From: an uncultured Acidobacteriota bacterium
GTDB taxonomy: Bacteria; Acidobacteriota; JAQAZP01
Length of the DNA stretch: 64,000 bases
Assembly (NCBI GenBank): GCA_963836075.1
Contig: CAWIIB010000009.1
Coordinates: forward strand, 256,001-320,000
Reading direction: 5' to 3'
The notes below the pieces were generated by a model. That model made no database searches. It was given only the letters and a program-made list of their open reading frames with translations, and was not told the DNA's origin. Position numbers and translations under genes: made by a program. Shown one piece after another: positions 1 to 10,507 of this stretch. How positions within the stretch are numbered: the first letter of the stretch is position 1; every line of letters begins with the position of its first letter.

Positions 1-1
1 C

Positions 2-2335
2 GAGGCCTGGCGGATCCAACACCTCCTCGACGCCGAATCACTGTTTCAGCAGATGGTCTCTGCTCCAAACCATATCGACCCCCCACTGTTCAACCTGATC
101 ATCTACCTGCTGGCCCAGGTCCACAACACCGAACTGGTCCTGCGGCTGGCCTCGATCATTCCCGGCGTACTGGCCATCCTGATGGCCTGGCTGGTGGGCC
201 GGCAGCTCTTTGCCGGAAGGTGGCTCCCCCTGTTCAGCGCCTTCCTCGTCGCCTTCTCCCCCTGGATGACCATCTTCTCCAAGGAGTTGAAGCCCTATGC
301 TCTCGGCGTCCTGGTCCACATGACCGTTCTGTACGGGATTCTGCGCTACAGCAGGACCCCCACGGCAAGAGCCACCGCGACATTCACCGGACTGTTGATC
401 CTCGCCCTCTTCTTTTCACCGAACATCGTCTTCGCCTACCCCGGGATCTGCATCGCCATGCTGGCCATGGCCCTGAGGACCGGCACCCGGCGGAGAATAG
501 TCGAGGCGCTCGCCGCCGGCACGGCCCTGCTGGCCGGCTCCGCCCTCTACTACATAGCTTTTCTTCACGGCTCCGTCTACGAGCAGTCCTTCAATCCCCG
601 GACCTCCTTATGGTTCTGCCCGCACGAAACGGTTGCCGCCGCGGTCGGCTGGTTCTTCCGCCGCTACCTGGGGTTCTACTCGAAGATGGCCTTCACCGAC
701 TATTCGCTCTTCGAAGGCGTGGGAGCCTTCCTCGAGATCCTCTATCCGCTGATGGCGCTGGCCGGCGCGGCTCTCGTCCTTTTCTGGAGCCGCCGGCGCT
801 TTCTCCAGCTCTTCTGCCTCTTCCTCATGCCAATCCTGGCCATGGTTCCGTTCAATATTCTCAAACTGTGGCCCTTCGGTCCCCTGCGGATGAACCTCTT
901 CCTGATGGTCTACATCATTTTTCCGCCACTGATCCTGCTCGACCAGATACAGAGGAGCCGTTCCCGGTTTAGTCGATATGTCCCGGTGGGGCTGGCGGCG
1001 GCACTGCTGATGGCCCTGCAGTTCCCCATCCACTTCGGCGACTATTCCAGCAGCCGGGTGACCATGCGCCGATCCGCCGAAGCCGTGATCAACATCATTG
1101 AGTTCAACCCGGCTGATCCGCCGATCCCACTGCTGATCAACAGGCTGGGCGAGCCGTCCTTTACCTACTACAGCCGGCACCACCAAAAGGTGTCCAATCG
1201 TTTCGGCGCATGCGCCGGGGTGTTCGAACCTCGGGTGCTCGCCAGCCGGGACAGCCCCCTCTACACCACGGGGGAGCTGCTGCGGGAATGCCAGAAAAAC
1301 AGGCAGGTGGCCATCTACGTAAGCCAGTACAACGAGCACGACCGGCTTCTTTTCAAAAATGACTTCAGCATCGATCACCACTCATTCGACGCACGCAACG
1401 TCCACTCCTGCATCCTCCACTCGGAGATCGCGGGATACGAGGAGAGCCTGCGGCCCCTTTTCTCGAGCAAACGGTTCACCGGGGACAGCAAGGAGTGGAA
1501 GGTGATCTACCGGTCGCCTCCGCTACCGCTCACCGATCCCCAGCCCGGCGCCCTGGTGATTGTCAACTTCGATCTAACGTTCAAGTCGCGAGGAACTTCA
1601 ATCCAATTCCGGTTCATCGACCAGGACGGCTCGCCGAAACCGTTTGCACCGTCCATCATCCAGAACACCACACCGGGACTTCCACGCCGGATCGAATCGG
1701 CGGTGTACACAAAAATCAAACAGCGGCCAGGAACGGTGAGTCTGGAGATCGCAGCCAGCGGCAGCTACAATTTCCTGCTGAAGAACGTGAATTGCTTCAT
1801 GACCAGGACCGAAACTCCAAAGCCGGCCATCGGCCCCGGCACCTGCCAACTCCGTGCCGGAGACAGGACTCGAGTCCTGGGAGCGCTGACATCACTGGAT
1901 GGCTTCTGGCCTGACGATAAGCACACCTTCGGTTGGACCACGGGCGACACGCTGATCAGATTCGATGACCTGGCCGTATCCCCCGAGGACACGGTGCTGA
2001 TGCTGAAGACCTTTGGCTGGATGCCGCCCGGATGGAGAAACGAGATGAACCGCAACGGGCTTAGGGTCTACCTCAATGGCGACCGGCGGGCCCGTTTTCT
2101 GGGACCGGGAGGGGACCCGGTGCGATACTATTACTTTGAGATCCCGTCCGGAATTCATACCATCAGGACGTTGCGGATCATCTCGAACACCTTCTCGCCC
2201 AGAAAGCTGGGCATCAGTGATGATGCACGGGACCTGGGCATCGACCTGAAGTCTGTACAGTTTCCGGCAATGGCGCAAACGGCCCCCGTCCCGCGCAATG
2301 TTTCCACAGCAGGTGGAGAGAACACTCCATCATAG
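2..2335 (+). CDS. GT-C fold (ArnT/PMT-like) membrane glycosyltransferase, 5' end outside window
   Basis: Frame is open from base 2 (EAWRIQHLL..., matching DEAWRMQRLL of the paralogue). Contains PPLF and SKELKPY motifs, many TM helices and a C-terminal extracytoplasmic region ending DARDLGIDL. Confidence 0.75.
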   Translation, partial: EAWRIQHLLDAESLFQQMVSAPNHIDPPLFNLIIYLLAQVHNTELVLRLASIIPGVLAILMAWLVGRQLFAGRWLPLFSAFLVAFSPWMTIFSKELKPYALGVLVHMTVLYGILRYSRTPTARATATFTGLLILALFFSPNIVFAYPGICIAMLAMALRTGTRRRIVEALAAGTALLAGSALYYIAFLHGSVYEQSFNPRTSLWFCPHETVAAAVGWFFRRYLGFYSKMAFTDYSLFEGVGAFLEILYPLMALAGAALVLFWSRRRFLQLFCLFLMPILAMVPFNILKLWPFGPLRMNLFLMVYIIFPPLILLDQIQRSRSRFSRYVPVGLAAALLMALQFPIHFGDYSSSRVTMRRSAEAVINIIEFNPADPPIPLLINRLGEPSFTYYSRHHQKVSNRFGACAGVFEPRVLASRDSPLYTTGELLRECQKNRQVAIYVSQYNEHDRLLFKNDFSIDHHSFDARNVHSCILHSEIAGYEESLRPLFSSKRFTGDSKEWKVIYRSPPLPLTDPQPGALVIVNFDLTFKSRGTSIQFRFIDQDGSPKPFAPSIIQNTTPGLPRRIESAVYTKIKQRPGTVSLEIAASGSYNFLLKNVNCFMTRTETPKPAIGPGTCQLRAGDRTRVLGALTSLDGFWPDDKHTFGWTTGDTLIRFDDLAVSPEDTVLMLKTFGWMPPGWRNEMNRNGLRVYLNGDRRARFLGPGGDPVRYYYFEIPSGIHTIRTLRIISNTFSPRKLGISDDARDLGIDLKSVQFPAMAQTAPVPRNVSTAGGENTPS

Positions 2336-2382
2336 ACGCCACACACGGTCATCGTGAAGTCAGCGCTGGCCCTGGTAAAGCC

Positions 2383-4818
2383 ATGGAAAACGCCCCAGCG
2401 AAAGACGGCCGTCTGGACCGGCTGGCGCCCCTGCTGCTGCTCCTCGTCTTCATCGTCCTCGGCGCCTGGGCCAGGCTGGTCAACGCCGGCAGCTCGGCGT
2501 CACTCTGGTTCGACGAGGCCTGGCGGATGCAGCGCCTGCTCGACGCCGACTCACCACTTCGCCAGCTCTTCTCCCCGCCGAACAACATCGACCCCCCGCT
2601 GTTCAACCTGGTCATCTACCTGCTGGCCCAGGTCCACAACACCGAACTGGTCCTGCGGCTGGCCTCCATCATTCCCGGCGTACTGGCCATCCTGGCAGCC
2701 TACCTGGTGGGACGGCAACTGTTCGCCGGCAGGTGGACGGCGCTGCTGGCCGCGTTCCTTATCGCCTTCTCGCCCTGGGCCACCATCTTCTCCAAGGAGC
2801 TGAAGCCCTACTCGCTGGGTCTGCTGGTCCACCTGTCGGTCCTCTACGGCGTTCTCTGGTTCCAGCAACGGCTCACCCTTCGCTGGACCGCCGTGCTCGC
2901 CGTGACCCTGCTCCTCTCCCTTTTCTTTTCGCCAAACATCGTCTTCGCCTTCCCCGGCATCTGTATCCTCATGCTCTGGACGGCCTGGGAGAAGAAGGAC
3001 CGGAAGCTGTTCAGAGGGACGCTGGTCGCCGGGACAGTCATGCTGGCCGGATCCATCCTCTACTATGCCCTGCTGCTGCAAGCCCCGGGCGGCGAAGACT
3101 CCTTCGACCCGCTGAAACGCTACTGGCAGGACCACTTCTGCCCGGCAGGGTCGTTCACCGCCACCGTCTCCTGGTTTTTCCAGCGCTACCTGGCGCTCTA
3201 TGACAAGATCTCGTTCGCCAACCACTCCATGTTCGACTGGGCGGGTGATGTCCTCAAATCCCTCTACCCGCTGATGGCGCTGGCCGGCGCACTGATCGTC
3301 CTGCTGCGCAGCCGGCGGCAGTTCTTCAAGCTGTTCTGCCTCTTCCTGCTGCCGGTGCTGGTGATGGTGTCGTTTAACCTCGCCGGCCTCTGGCCCTTCG
3401 GGCCCCTGCGGATGAATCTCTTCCTGTTGGCCTACGTGCTGTTTCCGTCTTTGCTCCTGCTGGACCAGTGCCAGAGAGTTCGGCCCTGGAGGAACAGTTT
3501 TCTTCCGGTGGGTCTGGCGGCGGCGCTGCTGATGGCCCTGCAGTTCCCAACCGATTTTGACGACTTCGCCAGCCGGCGGGTGATACAGCGGGATTCGGCG
3601 GGTGTGCTGACCGGCCTCATCGAATCAGAACTGGAAGAGCAGCCGGCTCCCCTGCTGGTAAGCTGGCCCGGTAAGCCGTCCTTTGTCTACTACACCCGGT
3701 ATCATGAAACGGTGTCCCCGCTCTTCCGGGAAGAGGGGAAGAAGTTCAAGCCGATCATTCTTCGCGAACGGGACAGCCGGCTCTACACCAACGGGATGTT
3801 GCTGCGGACATGCCAGGAGCACCGGCAGGTGGCCACCTACTGCGACCACTACAATAATATCGACCAGCTGCTCTTCCGCAACGATTTCAGTGTCACGCAC
3901 CAGCTGTTCGACGGGGACAAGGTCCGCGCCTGCATCCTGCACTCGGAACTCACCGGCTACGAGGACGTGAAGAAACCGCTCTTTTCGTCGAAATGGTTTT
4001 CCGGGAGGAGCGAAAAGTGGAAGAACCTCTACATCTCCCCGCCGCTGCCGCTGGGCAACCCGCCACCCGGCACCCTGGTGGTGGTCAACTTCGACCTGAA
4101 ATTCAATTCCGACGAAAAGCTGATCCGCTTCCGCTTCTTCGATCAGGACGGCTCGCCGAAAAACCTCGATCACCCCTTCATCGAGAACAAGATCAGCCGT
4201 ATCCCGAGACGGCTCAAGTTGGCGGCACACACCAGGCTCCGGGAGCCGGTGGAAGCGTTCCGGCTGGTGCTGGCGGCCCGCGGCACATACGACTTCGTCA
4301 TCGATAATGTCACCTGGTTCATCACCCGGCCCGCGGAGGAGAGGCCGGCGGTGGCACAAGGCACCTACCGCCCCCGGCCCGGCGACCGGTGGAACGTGTT
4401 CGGGAAGGTGGACACGCTGGAACAGTTCTGGCCCGACGCCGACCAGAGCTACGGCTGGACCATGGGTGACGCGCTGATCCGCTTCGACGACCTGGCGGTG
4501 TCCCCCGAGGACACGGTGCTGATGCTGGAAACCCACGGCTGGATGCCGCCCGGATGGAGAAACGAGATGAACCGCAACGGGCTGCGGGTCTACCTCAATG
4601 GCGACCGGCGGGCCCGATTTCTGGGGCCGGGAAGCGACCCGGTGCGATACTATTACTTTGAGATCCCGTCCGGCATTCATACAATCAGGACGTTACGGAT
4701 CATCTCGAATACCTTCTCGCCCAGCAAGCTGGGCGTCGGTGTCGACGCGCGGGACCTGGGCATCGACCTCAAGTCGGTGCAGTTCCCAATAAAGGCGGAG
4801 ACGGCACCGGCGGCCTGA
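2383..4818 (+). CDS. GT-C fold (ArnT/PMT-like) membrane glycosyltransferase, tandem paralogue
   Basis: SLWFDEAW acidic motif after the first TM, DPPLF, LRLASIIPG, SKELKPY. Colinear with the upstream gene. Confidence 0.8.
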   Translation: MENAPAKDGRLDRLAPLLLLLVFIVLGAWARLVNAGSSASLWFDEAWRMQRLLDADSPLRQLFSPPNNIDPPLFNLVIYLLAQVHNTELVLRLASIIPGVLAILAAYLVGRQLFAGRWTALLAAFLIAFSPWATIFSKELKPYSLGLLVHLSVLYGVLWFQQRLTLRWTAVLAVTLLLSLFFSPNIVFAFPGICILMLWTAWEKKDRKLFRGTLVAGTVMLAGSILYYALLLQAPGGEDSFDPLKRYWQDHFCPAGSFTATVSWFFQRYLALYDKISFANHSMFDWAGDVLKSLYPLMALAGALIVLLRSRRQFFKLFCLFLLPVLVMVSFNLAGLWPFGPLRMNLFLLAYVLFPSLLLLDQCQRVRPWRNSFLPVGLAAALLMALQFPTDFDDFASRRVIQRDSAGVLTGLIESELEEQPAPLLVSWPGKPSFVYYTRYHETVSPLFREEGKKFKPIILRERDSRLYTNGMLLRTCQEHRQVATYCDHYNNIDQLLFRNDFSVTHQLFDGDKVRACILHSELTGYEDVKKPLFSSKWFSGRSEKWKNLYISPPLPLGNPPPGTLVVVNFDLKFNSDEKLIRFRFFDQDGSPKNLDHPFIENKISRIPRRLKLAAHTRLREPVEAFRLVLAARGTYDFVIDNVTWFITRPAEERPAVAQGTYRPRPGDRWNVFGKVDTLEQFWPDADQSYGWTMGDALIRFDDLAVSPEDTVLMLETHGWMPPGWRNEMNRNGLRVYLNGDRRARFLGPGSDPVRYYYFEIPSGIHTIRTLRIISNTFSPSKLGVGVDARDLGIDLKSVQFPIKAETAPAA

Positions 4819-4882
4819 CCGGCACCTGAACACAACAAGGGCGGCGCACGAAACGCCACCCCCTTGATCAACGGACCGTCGT

Positions 4883-5341
4883 TCAGCCGGCGGAAATCTC
4901 CGACGTGCACATGGGACAACGGGAGGCCTTGATGGGGATGGACGAGAAGCACTGCGGGCAGTCCTTCTCGGTGGGCTCGGCCGGGGGCGCCTCGTCCTCT
5001 TTCTTCATGGCGTTGACCCGCTTGACCACCATGAAGACGGCAAAGGCCACCACCAGGAAACTGATGATGGTGTTGATGAAGATACCGTAGTTGATGGTCA
5101 CCGCGCCGGCGGCCTGGGCGTCGGCCAGGGTGGCGTACGGGGCGGCCGCCTCAGCGCCTTCCTTGACCACGCTGAAGAGGTTGGCGAAATCAACCCCGCC
5201 CAGCAGCAGGCCGATGGGCGGCATGATCACGTCGGCCACCAGCGACTTGACGATGGTGCCGAAGGCGGCGCCGATGATGATGCCCACCGCCATGTCCATC
5301 ACGTTTCCCTTGATCGCGAACTCCTTGAACTCTTTCCACAT
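4883..5341 (-). CDS. mscL: Large-conductance mechanosensitive channel with C-terminal CxxC...CxxC
   Basis: [35 protein letters not shown] and [25 protein letters not shown] precedes the ATG at 5341. Confidence 0.95.
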   Translation of the reverse strand: MWKEFKEFAIKGNVMDMAVGIIIGAAFGTIVKSLVADVIMPPIGLLLGGVDFANLFSVVKEGAEAAAPYATLADAQAAGAVTINYGIFINTIISFLVVAFAVFMVVKRVNAMKKEDEAPPAEPTEKDCPQCFSSIPIKASRCPMCTSEISAG

Positions 5342-5791
5342 CTCGCTCCTCCTCCTGGAATGCGGCAGCCGGGCCGCTGACCCAAGATGCCGGATGAGTG
5401 TATCTTTGCAGGTAACCGCGGCCGGCCCGTGACCGGACGCGGCGATACACAACCAGACAGCCGGGTGGCCGGTAAAGTCACATCGATTTGTTCAGTTCAG
5501 TATTGTCAGGAATGTGCCGCTGCCTGAATCGTAAGAGGGACCGGCCCGGGAGGTCAAGTAGCTTGTTTCAGTCATACTTCACCAGGGTGTTGGTTTTGAT
5601 AGGTATCAGGGTGTGCCTTCTTATGTTTCCTGCAAAACGACCATAAGGTCCTCCTTGACTTTGCCCGATCAGGAATCAATATTAAAGAGAAGATATTCAA
5701 AGGGTAATCAGCATTTCGACCAATCGAATGACTGGCATCAGCGCCGGAATAGTTCCGGCCGAAATGCCACTCGGCCTGTACGGAACTGTCT

Positions 5792-8506
5792 ATGAGGGAT
5801 AAAGAAAAACCAGTTTCCCAGCTCATCGAGGAGCTGGTAAACCTCCGCCAGCGTCTCACCGACATCGAGAACCTGGCCCATCTGGGGAGCTGGTCCTGGT
5901 CGGTGGATTCCGGGGAGGTGGAGTGGGGCGACGAGGTCTACCGCATCTTCGGGGTCGACCGGGAAACCTTCTCCCCGAATATCGACAGGGTGATGTCCCT
6001 CTTCCACCCCGAGGACCGGCAGAAAAACATCGCCGTGATCGAGAATGCCTCCCGGGCTCCCGGCGGATTCACCTTCACCGCACGGATCGTCCGGCCTGAC
6101 GGAGATATCCGCCAGGTCATCTCCGCCGCCGCCGGACACTTCGATCCCGAAGGCACCCTCGAGCGGGTCAGCGGGACCGTGCAGGACATCACCGAACAGA
6201 AACGGGCCGAGTCGGACCTGGCCCGGATCTGCGAGATGTCCCTCGACCTGATCTGTGTGGCCGGCGCCTCCGGCTTTTTCAAGTATGTCAACCCGGCCTG
6301 GCGCCGGGTTCTGGGCTACAACGAATCGGATCTGCTGGCCCAGCGCTTCCACGAGTTCATCCATCCCGACGATCACCCCCGCACCGACGAGGCGGTGAGC
6401 AAGCTGATGGCCGGCCAGAAGACCCAGGGCTTCGAGATGCGCTGGCTGCACAAGAACGGGTCGATCAGGACCATCTCCTGGTCAGCCACCCCGATGGTCA
6501 ACCGCCAGTTGTTCTACTGTATCGGCCGGGATATCACCGACCGGATAAAGGCCGAGCAGAGCCTGCAGGAAAGCGAGAAACGGCTGCGCGGGATCTTCGA
6601 GCAGGCGGCCGTGGGTATGGCGCTGGTTGAAACCGGCAGCGGCCGGGTCAGGTCCCTCAACCAGCGCTACTGTCACATCGTCGGCTACACCGAAGAGGAG
6701 ATGACCTCCAAATCCTTCCAGGAGATCACCCACCCTGATGATCTGCAAAAAGGCCTGGACTGCATGGCCCGGATGCTGATCGGCGAGATCCGCGAGTTCA
6801 GCCTGGAGAAACGCTACCTGCGGCCGGACGGTTCAACCGTGTGGGTCAACCTCACCGTGTCGCCGCTGTGGCGCGAGGGTGAAGAGCCCACCGAGCATAT
6901 CGCGGTGGTGGAGGACATCACCAAACGAAAACGGGCCGAGGAGGAGCTAAAGGAGAGCGAGCACCGCTACGCGCTGGTGGTGGACGGGCTTAACGACGGC
7001 CTGGTGGACTGGAACATCACGGCCAACACGGTCTACTACTCGCAGAAGTGGAAAGAAATGCTCGGTTTCGCCGACCACGAGATCGGCGACTCGCACAAGA
7101 TCTGGGAGGAACGGTTTCACACCGAGGAAGCCGAGCTGGTCTGGAGTGCCATCCAGGAGTATCTGCGGGGAGAGACCACCGAGTTGACCCTCGAGCACCG
7201 GCTGCGGCACCAGGACGGGACGTTCCGCTGGTTCCTCGCCCGGGGGATCTGCGTTCGCGACCGGGAGCAGAACCCGGAGCGGCTGGTGGTCTCCCACTCG
7301 GACATCACCGCGCAGGTGCGGATGCGCCGGGAGAGGGAACGGCTCCAGGAGCAGCTCCAGCAGTCGCAGAAGCTGGAAGCCGTCGGGCGCCTGGCCGGCG
7401 GCGTGGCCCACGATTTCAACAACCTGCTCACCGTGATCCAGGGCTACTCCGAGATGGTCTTCGATTCGCTGGACGCCTCCGACCCGCTGCGCCGGGACAT
7501 GGCCCAGGTGCAGAACGCGGTGGACTCGGCCACCTCGCTGACCCAGCAGCTGCTGGCCTTTTCCCGCCGCCAACTGGTCACCCCCAAGCTGATCGATCTC
7601 AACCGGACGGTGGGCACGGCGGAAAAGATGATCCGCCGCATCATCGGCGAGAACATCGATCTGACCTTCAAACCGGGGGACGACCTCTGGCGGATCAAGA
7701 TCGATCCGGCCCAGGTGGACCAGATCATCATCAACCTGGCGGTGAACGCCCGGGACGCCATGCCGGACACCGGGTCGCTGACCATCAAATCCGGCAATGC
7801 CACGCTCAACGAACCCTGTTGCCACGTCTGCCTCGACCCGCTGGTCGGCGATTACGTCCGGCTGACGGTGACCGACACCGGAACCGGGATGGACAAGGAA
7901 ACGAAGAACATGATCTTCGAACCCTTTTTCACGACCAAGGCCGCGGGCAAGGGGACCGGTCTGGGCCTCTCCACCATCACCGGAATCGTCCACCAGGCCG
8001 AAGGGCACATCAGTGTGGAATCGGTTCCGGGCCAGGGGACCACCTTCATCCTCCACTTCCCCCGGTGCTCGCCGGAGGAGATGGAGGCGGACCCCGAAGC
8101 CTCCGCCGCCACCACCGGCGGCAGCGAAACCTGCCTGATGGTGGAGGACCAGGAGATGGTGCGCGACATCGCCGTGCGCGCGCTGCGCGGCAAGGGATAT
8201 ACCGTGCTGGAGGCCGAGTCGGGAATCAGGGCGCTGGAAGCCGCCGAAAAATATGCCGACGAGATCGACCTGCTGATCACCGACGTTGTGCTGCCGGGGA
8301 TGAACGGCAAGCATCTCTTCGACAGGATCCGCCAGCTCAACCCGGATGTCCGGGTGCTCTTCATCTCCGGGTACGACGATGACTCCATCGCCCACCACGG
8401 CGTTTTCGAACCGGGGATCCACTTCCTGCAGAAGCCCTTCCGCCCCCAGGAACTGGCCCGCAAGGTGCGCAAGATCCTCGACGCCGAACTGCCCCGCACC
8501 GGGTAA
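5792..8506 (+). CDS. Multi-PAS hybrid sensor histidine kinase/response regulator
   Basis: Four PAS/PAC-like repeats, H-box LAGGVAHDFNNLL, N-box NARDAM, G-boxes DTGTGM and GTGLGL, C-terminal receiver (LLITDVVLPGMNG, FLQKPF). Confidence 0.95.
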   Translation: MRDKEKPVSQLIEELVNLRQRLTDIENLAHLGSWSWSVDSGEVEWGDEVYRIFGVDRETFSPNIDRVMSLFHPEDRQKNIAVIENASRAPGGFTFTARIVRPDGDIRQVISAAAGHFDPEGTLERVSGTVQDITEQKRAESDLARICEMSLDLICVAGASGFFKYVNPAWRRVLGYNESDLLAQRFHEFIHPDDHPRTDEAVSKLMAGQKTQGFEMRWLHKNGSIRTISWSATPMVNRQLFYCIGRDITDRIKAEQSLQESEKRLRGIFEQAAVGMALVETGSGRVRSLNQRYCHIVGYTEEEMTSKSFQEITHPDDLQKGLDCMARMLIGEIREFSLEKRYLRPDGSTVWVNLTVSPLWREGEEPTEHIAVVEDITKRKRAEEELKESEHRYALVVDGLNDGLVDWNITANTVYYSQKWKEMLGFADHEIGDSHKIWEERFHTEEAELVWSAIQEYLRGETTELTLEHRLRHQDGTFRWFLARGICVRDREQNPERLVVSHSDITAQVRMRRERERLQEQLQQSQKLEAVGRLAGGVAHDFNNLLTVIQGYSEMVFDSLDASDPLRRDMAQVQNAVDSATSLTQQLLAFSRRQLVTPKLIDLNRTVGTAEKMIRRIIGENIDLTFKPGDDLWRIKIDPAQVDQIIINLAVNARDAMPDTGSLTIKSGNATLNEPCCHVCLDPLVGDYVRLTVTDTGTGMDKETKNMIFEPFFTTKAAGKGTGLGLSTITGIVHQAEGHISVESVPGQGTTFILHFPRCSPEEMEADPEASAATTGGSETCLMVEDQEMVRDIAVRALRGKGYTVLEAESGIRALEAAEKYADEIDLLITDVVLPGMNGKHLFDRIRQLNPDVRVLFISGYDDDSIAHHGVFEPGIHFLQKPFRPQELARKVRKILDAELPRTG

Positions 8507-8713
8507 GGAACGCCTGCAAAAACCGGGGTCAGATACCATTCTTTTGCATGACGCCCCACCGCCGTTGCCAGGAACCGCGCAGCGGGCGACGACGCAACCC
8601 ACATTCGCTATAATCTCAGGGACACGGAGCATCCATGGCAGATCTTCGCACTGCCGGCGAACTGTCCGGCTTACGGTGCCGCCGGGAGGCGCTCATCCAC
8701 CTGAGGGAACATC

Positions 8714-10393
8714 GTGATCAACACCCCGACCAGCGCACTGCAGTGGGGCGCCATCATCACCGGCATGGGGGGCGGCCTGGCCCTCTTCCTCTACGGCATG
8801 CGCAAGATGACCGAGTCGATGCAGATCGCGGCGGGCGGGATGATGAAGAACATGCTGTCCCGGCTCACCGCCAACCGTTTCACCGGCGCGCTGGCCGGGG
8901 CGCTGGTCACCGCGGTGATCCAGTCCTCGTCGGTGACCACCGTGCTGGTGGTGGGCTTTATCAGCGCCGGGCTGCTGGGGTTCACCCAGTCCATCGGCGT
9001 GATCCTCGGGGCCAATGTGGGCACCACCATCACGGCGCAGATCATCGCCTTCAAGGTGACCAAGTACGCGCTGGTGCTCATCGCCGCCGGGTTCCTCGTC
9101 GAACTGACGGCGAAGAACAAGCGGGTGCGGCACTACGGGGCGATGGTGATGGGTCTGGGCCTGATCTTCTTCGGCATGGAGCTGATGAGCCAGGCCACCT
9201 ACCCGCTGCGCAGCTACGAGCCGTTCATCAACCTGATGCAGAGCATGGAGAACCCGCTGCTGGGCATCCTCCTCGGGGCCGTGTTCACCGCCATTGTACA
9301 GAGTTCGTCGGCCACCACCGGGGTGATCATCGTCCTCGCCGGACAGGGATTCGTCTCGCTGGAGACCGGTATCGCCCTGATCTTCGGCGCCAGTATCGGC
9401 ACCTGTGTCACCGCGCTGGCCGCCGCCATCGGCCGGCCCCGCGATGCACTGCGCGCCGCGCTGGCCCACGTGATCTTCAACGTCATCGGCGTGCTGGCCT
9501 GGATCTTCTTCATCCCCCAGTTCGCCGAGCTGGTCCGCTCGTTCTCGCCCGCGGCAGTGGAACTCACCGGCCTGGCCCGCACGGCGGCCGACGCCCCGCG
9601 GCAGATCGCCAACGCCCTGACCCTGTTCAAGGTGGTCAACGCCGGAGTGGCCATCTGGCTCATCGGCCCGCTGGCCTGGCTGGTGATGAAACTGGTGCCC
9701 AGCAGGCCGGAGCCGGAATCGGCGCGGATCAAGCCGAAACACCTCGACCCGTACTTCCTCAGCCAGCCGGACATGGCTATCGATCACGCCAGGCTGGAGC
9801 TGCACCGGCTGGGCCGGCTGGTGCACCGGATGTATGACCAGGCGGTGCCGGCGCTGACCAGCGGGACGGAGGAGGAGCTGTCGGCGGTGCTCGTCCTGGA
9901 CGACGATGCCGACCTGCTGCACGAGGCGATCGTGGAATATCTGGGGCAGCTCTCGCTGCTGGATCTGGCGGCACCCCAGCCGGACCGGATCCACCGGGCC
10001 ATCGCCTCGGCCAACTACCTCGAGCACATCGGCGACGTGATCGAGACCAGCCTGGTCAAGCTGGGGAGGCAGCGGCTGGACCTGGGGTTAAAGCTTGAAC
10101 CCTCGACAGAAGCCGCGCTGGCCCCGGTGGCCCGGGAGACCGGGTTCGCCCTCGACCTGGTGATCAGCGGTCTCAAAGCGAACAGCTCGCTGAGCCCGAA
10201 AATGGTCGCCCGGTCGAAGACCCGTTTTCGCAATGCCGTGGCCCTCTGCCTGGACACGGTGATCGACACCCTGGCCGTGGACAAGGACCGCATGGACGCC
10301 TACCGCCTGGTGAGCGAACTGCTCACCGCCATGGAACGGATCCACGCCCTCTGCCGCCGGATTGCGGCGGTGGGCATGGGGCTGGGGGATTAG
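8714..10393 (+). CDS. Na/Pi cotransporter family protein with PhoU-like C-terminus
   Basis: GGLALFLYGM, TAVIQSSSVTT, GANVGTT, second repeat AIVQSSSATT/GASIGT, LEHIGD in the helical tail. Confidence 0.92.
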   Translation: MINTPTSALQWGAIITGMGGGLALFLYGMRKMTESMQIAAGGMMKNMLSRLTANRFTGALAGALVTAVIQSSSVTTVLVVGFISAGLLGFTQSIGVILGANVGTTITAQIIAFKVTKYALVLIAAGFLVELTAKNKRVRHYGAMVMGLGLIFFGMELMSQATYPLRSYEPFINLMQSMENPLLGILLGAVFTAIVQSSSATTGVIIVLAGQGFVSLETGIALIFGASIGTCVTALAAAIGRPRDALRAALAHVIFNVIGVLAWIFFIPQFAELVRSFSPAAVELTGLARTAADAPRQIANALTLFKVVNAGVAIWLIGPLAWLVMKLVPSRPEPESARIKPKHLDPYFLSQPDMAIDHARLELHRLGRLVHRMYDQAVPALTSGTEEELSAVLVLDDDADLLHEAIVEYLGQLSLLDLAAPQPDRIHRAIASANYLEHIGDVIETSLVKLGRQRLDLGLKLEPSTEAALAPVARETGFALDLVISGLKANSSLSPKMVARSKTRFRNAVALCLDTVIDTLAVDKDRMDAYRLVSELLTAMERIHALCRRIAAVGMGLGD

Positions 10394-10395
10394 CA

Positions 10396-10500
10396 TGTCA
10401 TCGCGAGGAGCCGCAGGCGACGTGGCGATCTCGTGACGACAACCATTTCATTTTCACGAGATTGCCACGTCGACGACTCCGTCGTCTCCTCGCAATGACA
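10396..10500. repeat. Palindromic REP/MITE-like element between convergent genes
   Basis: Terminal arms TGTCATCGCGAGGAG / CTCCTCGCAATGACA and inner arms CGACGTGGCGATCTCGTGA / TCACGAGATTGCCACGTCG. Half copies occur at 53600 and 60233. Confidence 0.85.
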
Positions 10501-10507
10501 GGTGCCC

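Noticed and set aside
4883-4965. MscL C-terminal CxxC zinc ribbon as a novelty
   Set aside because: A familiar variant in many bacterial MscL proteins.
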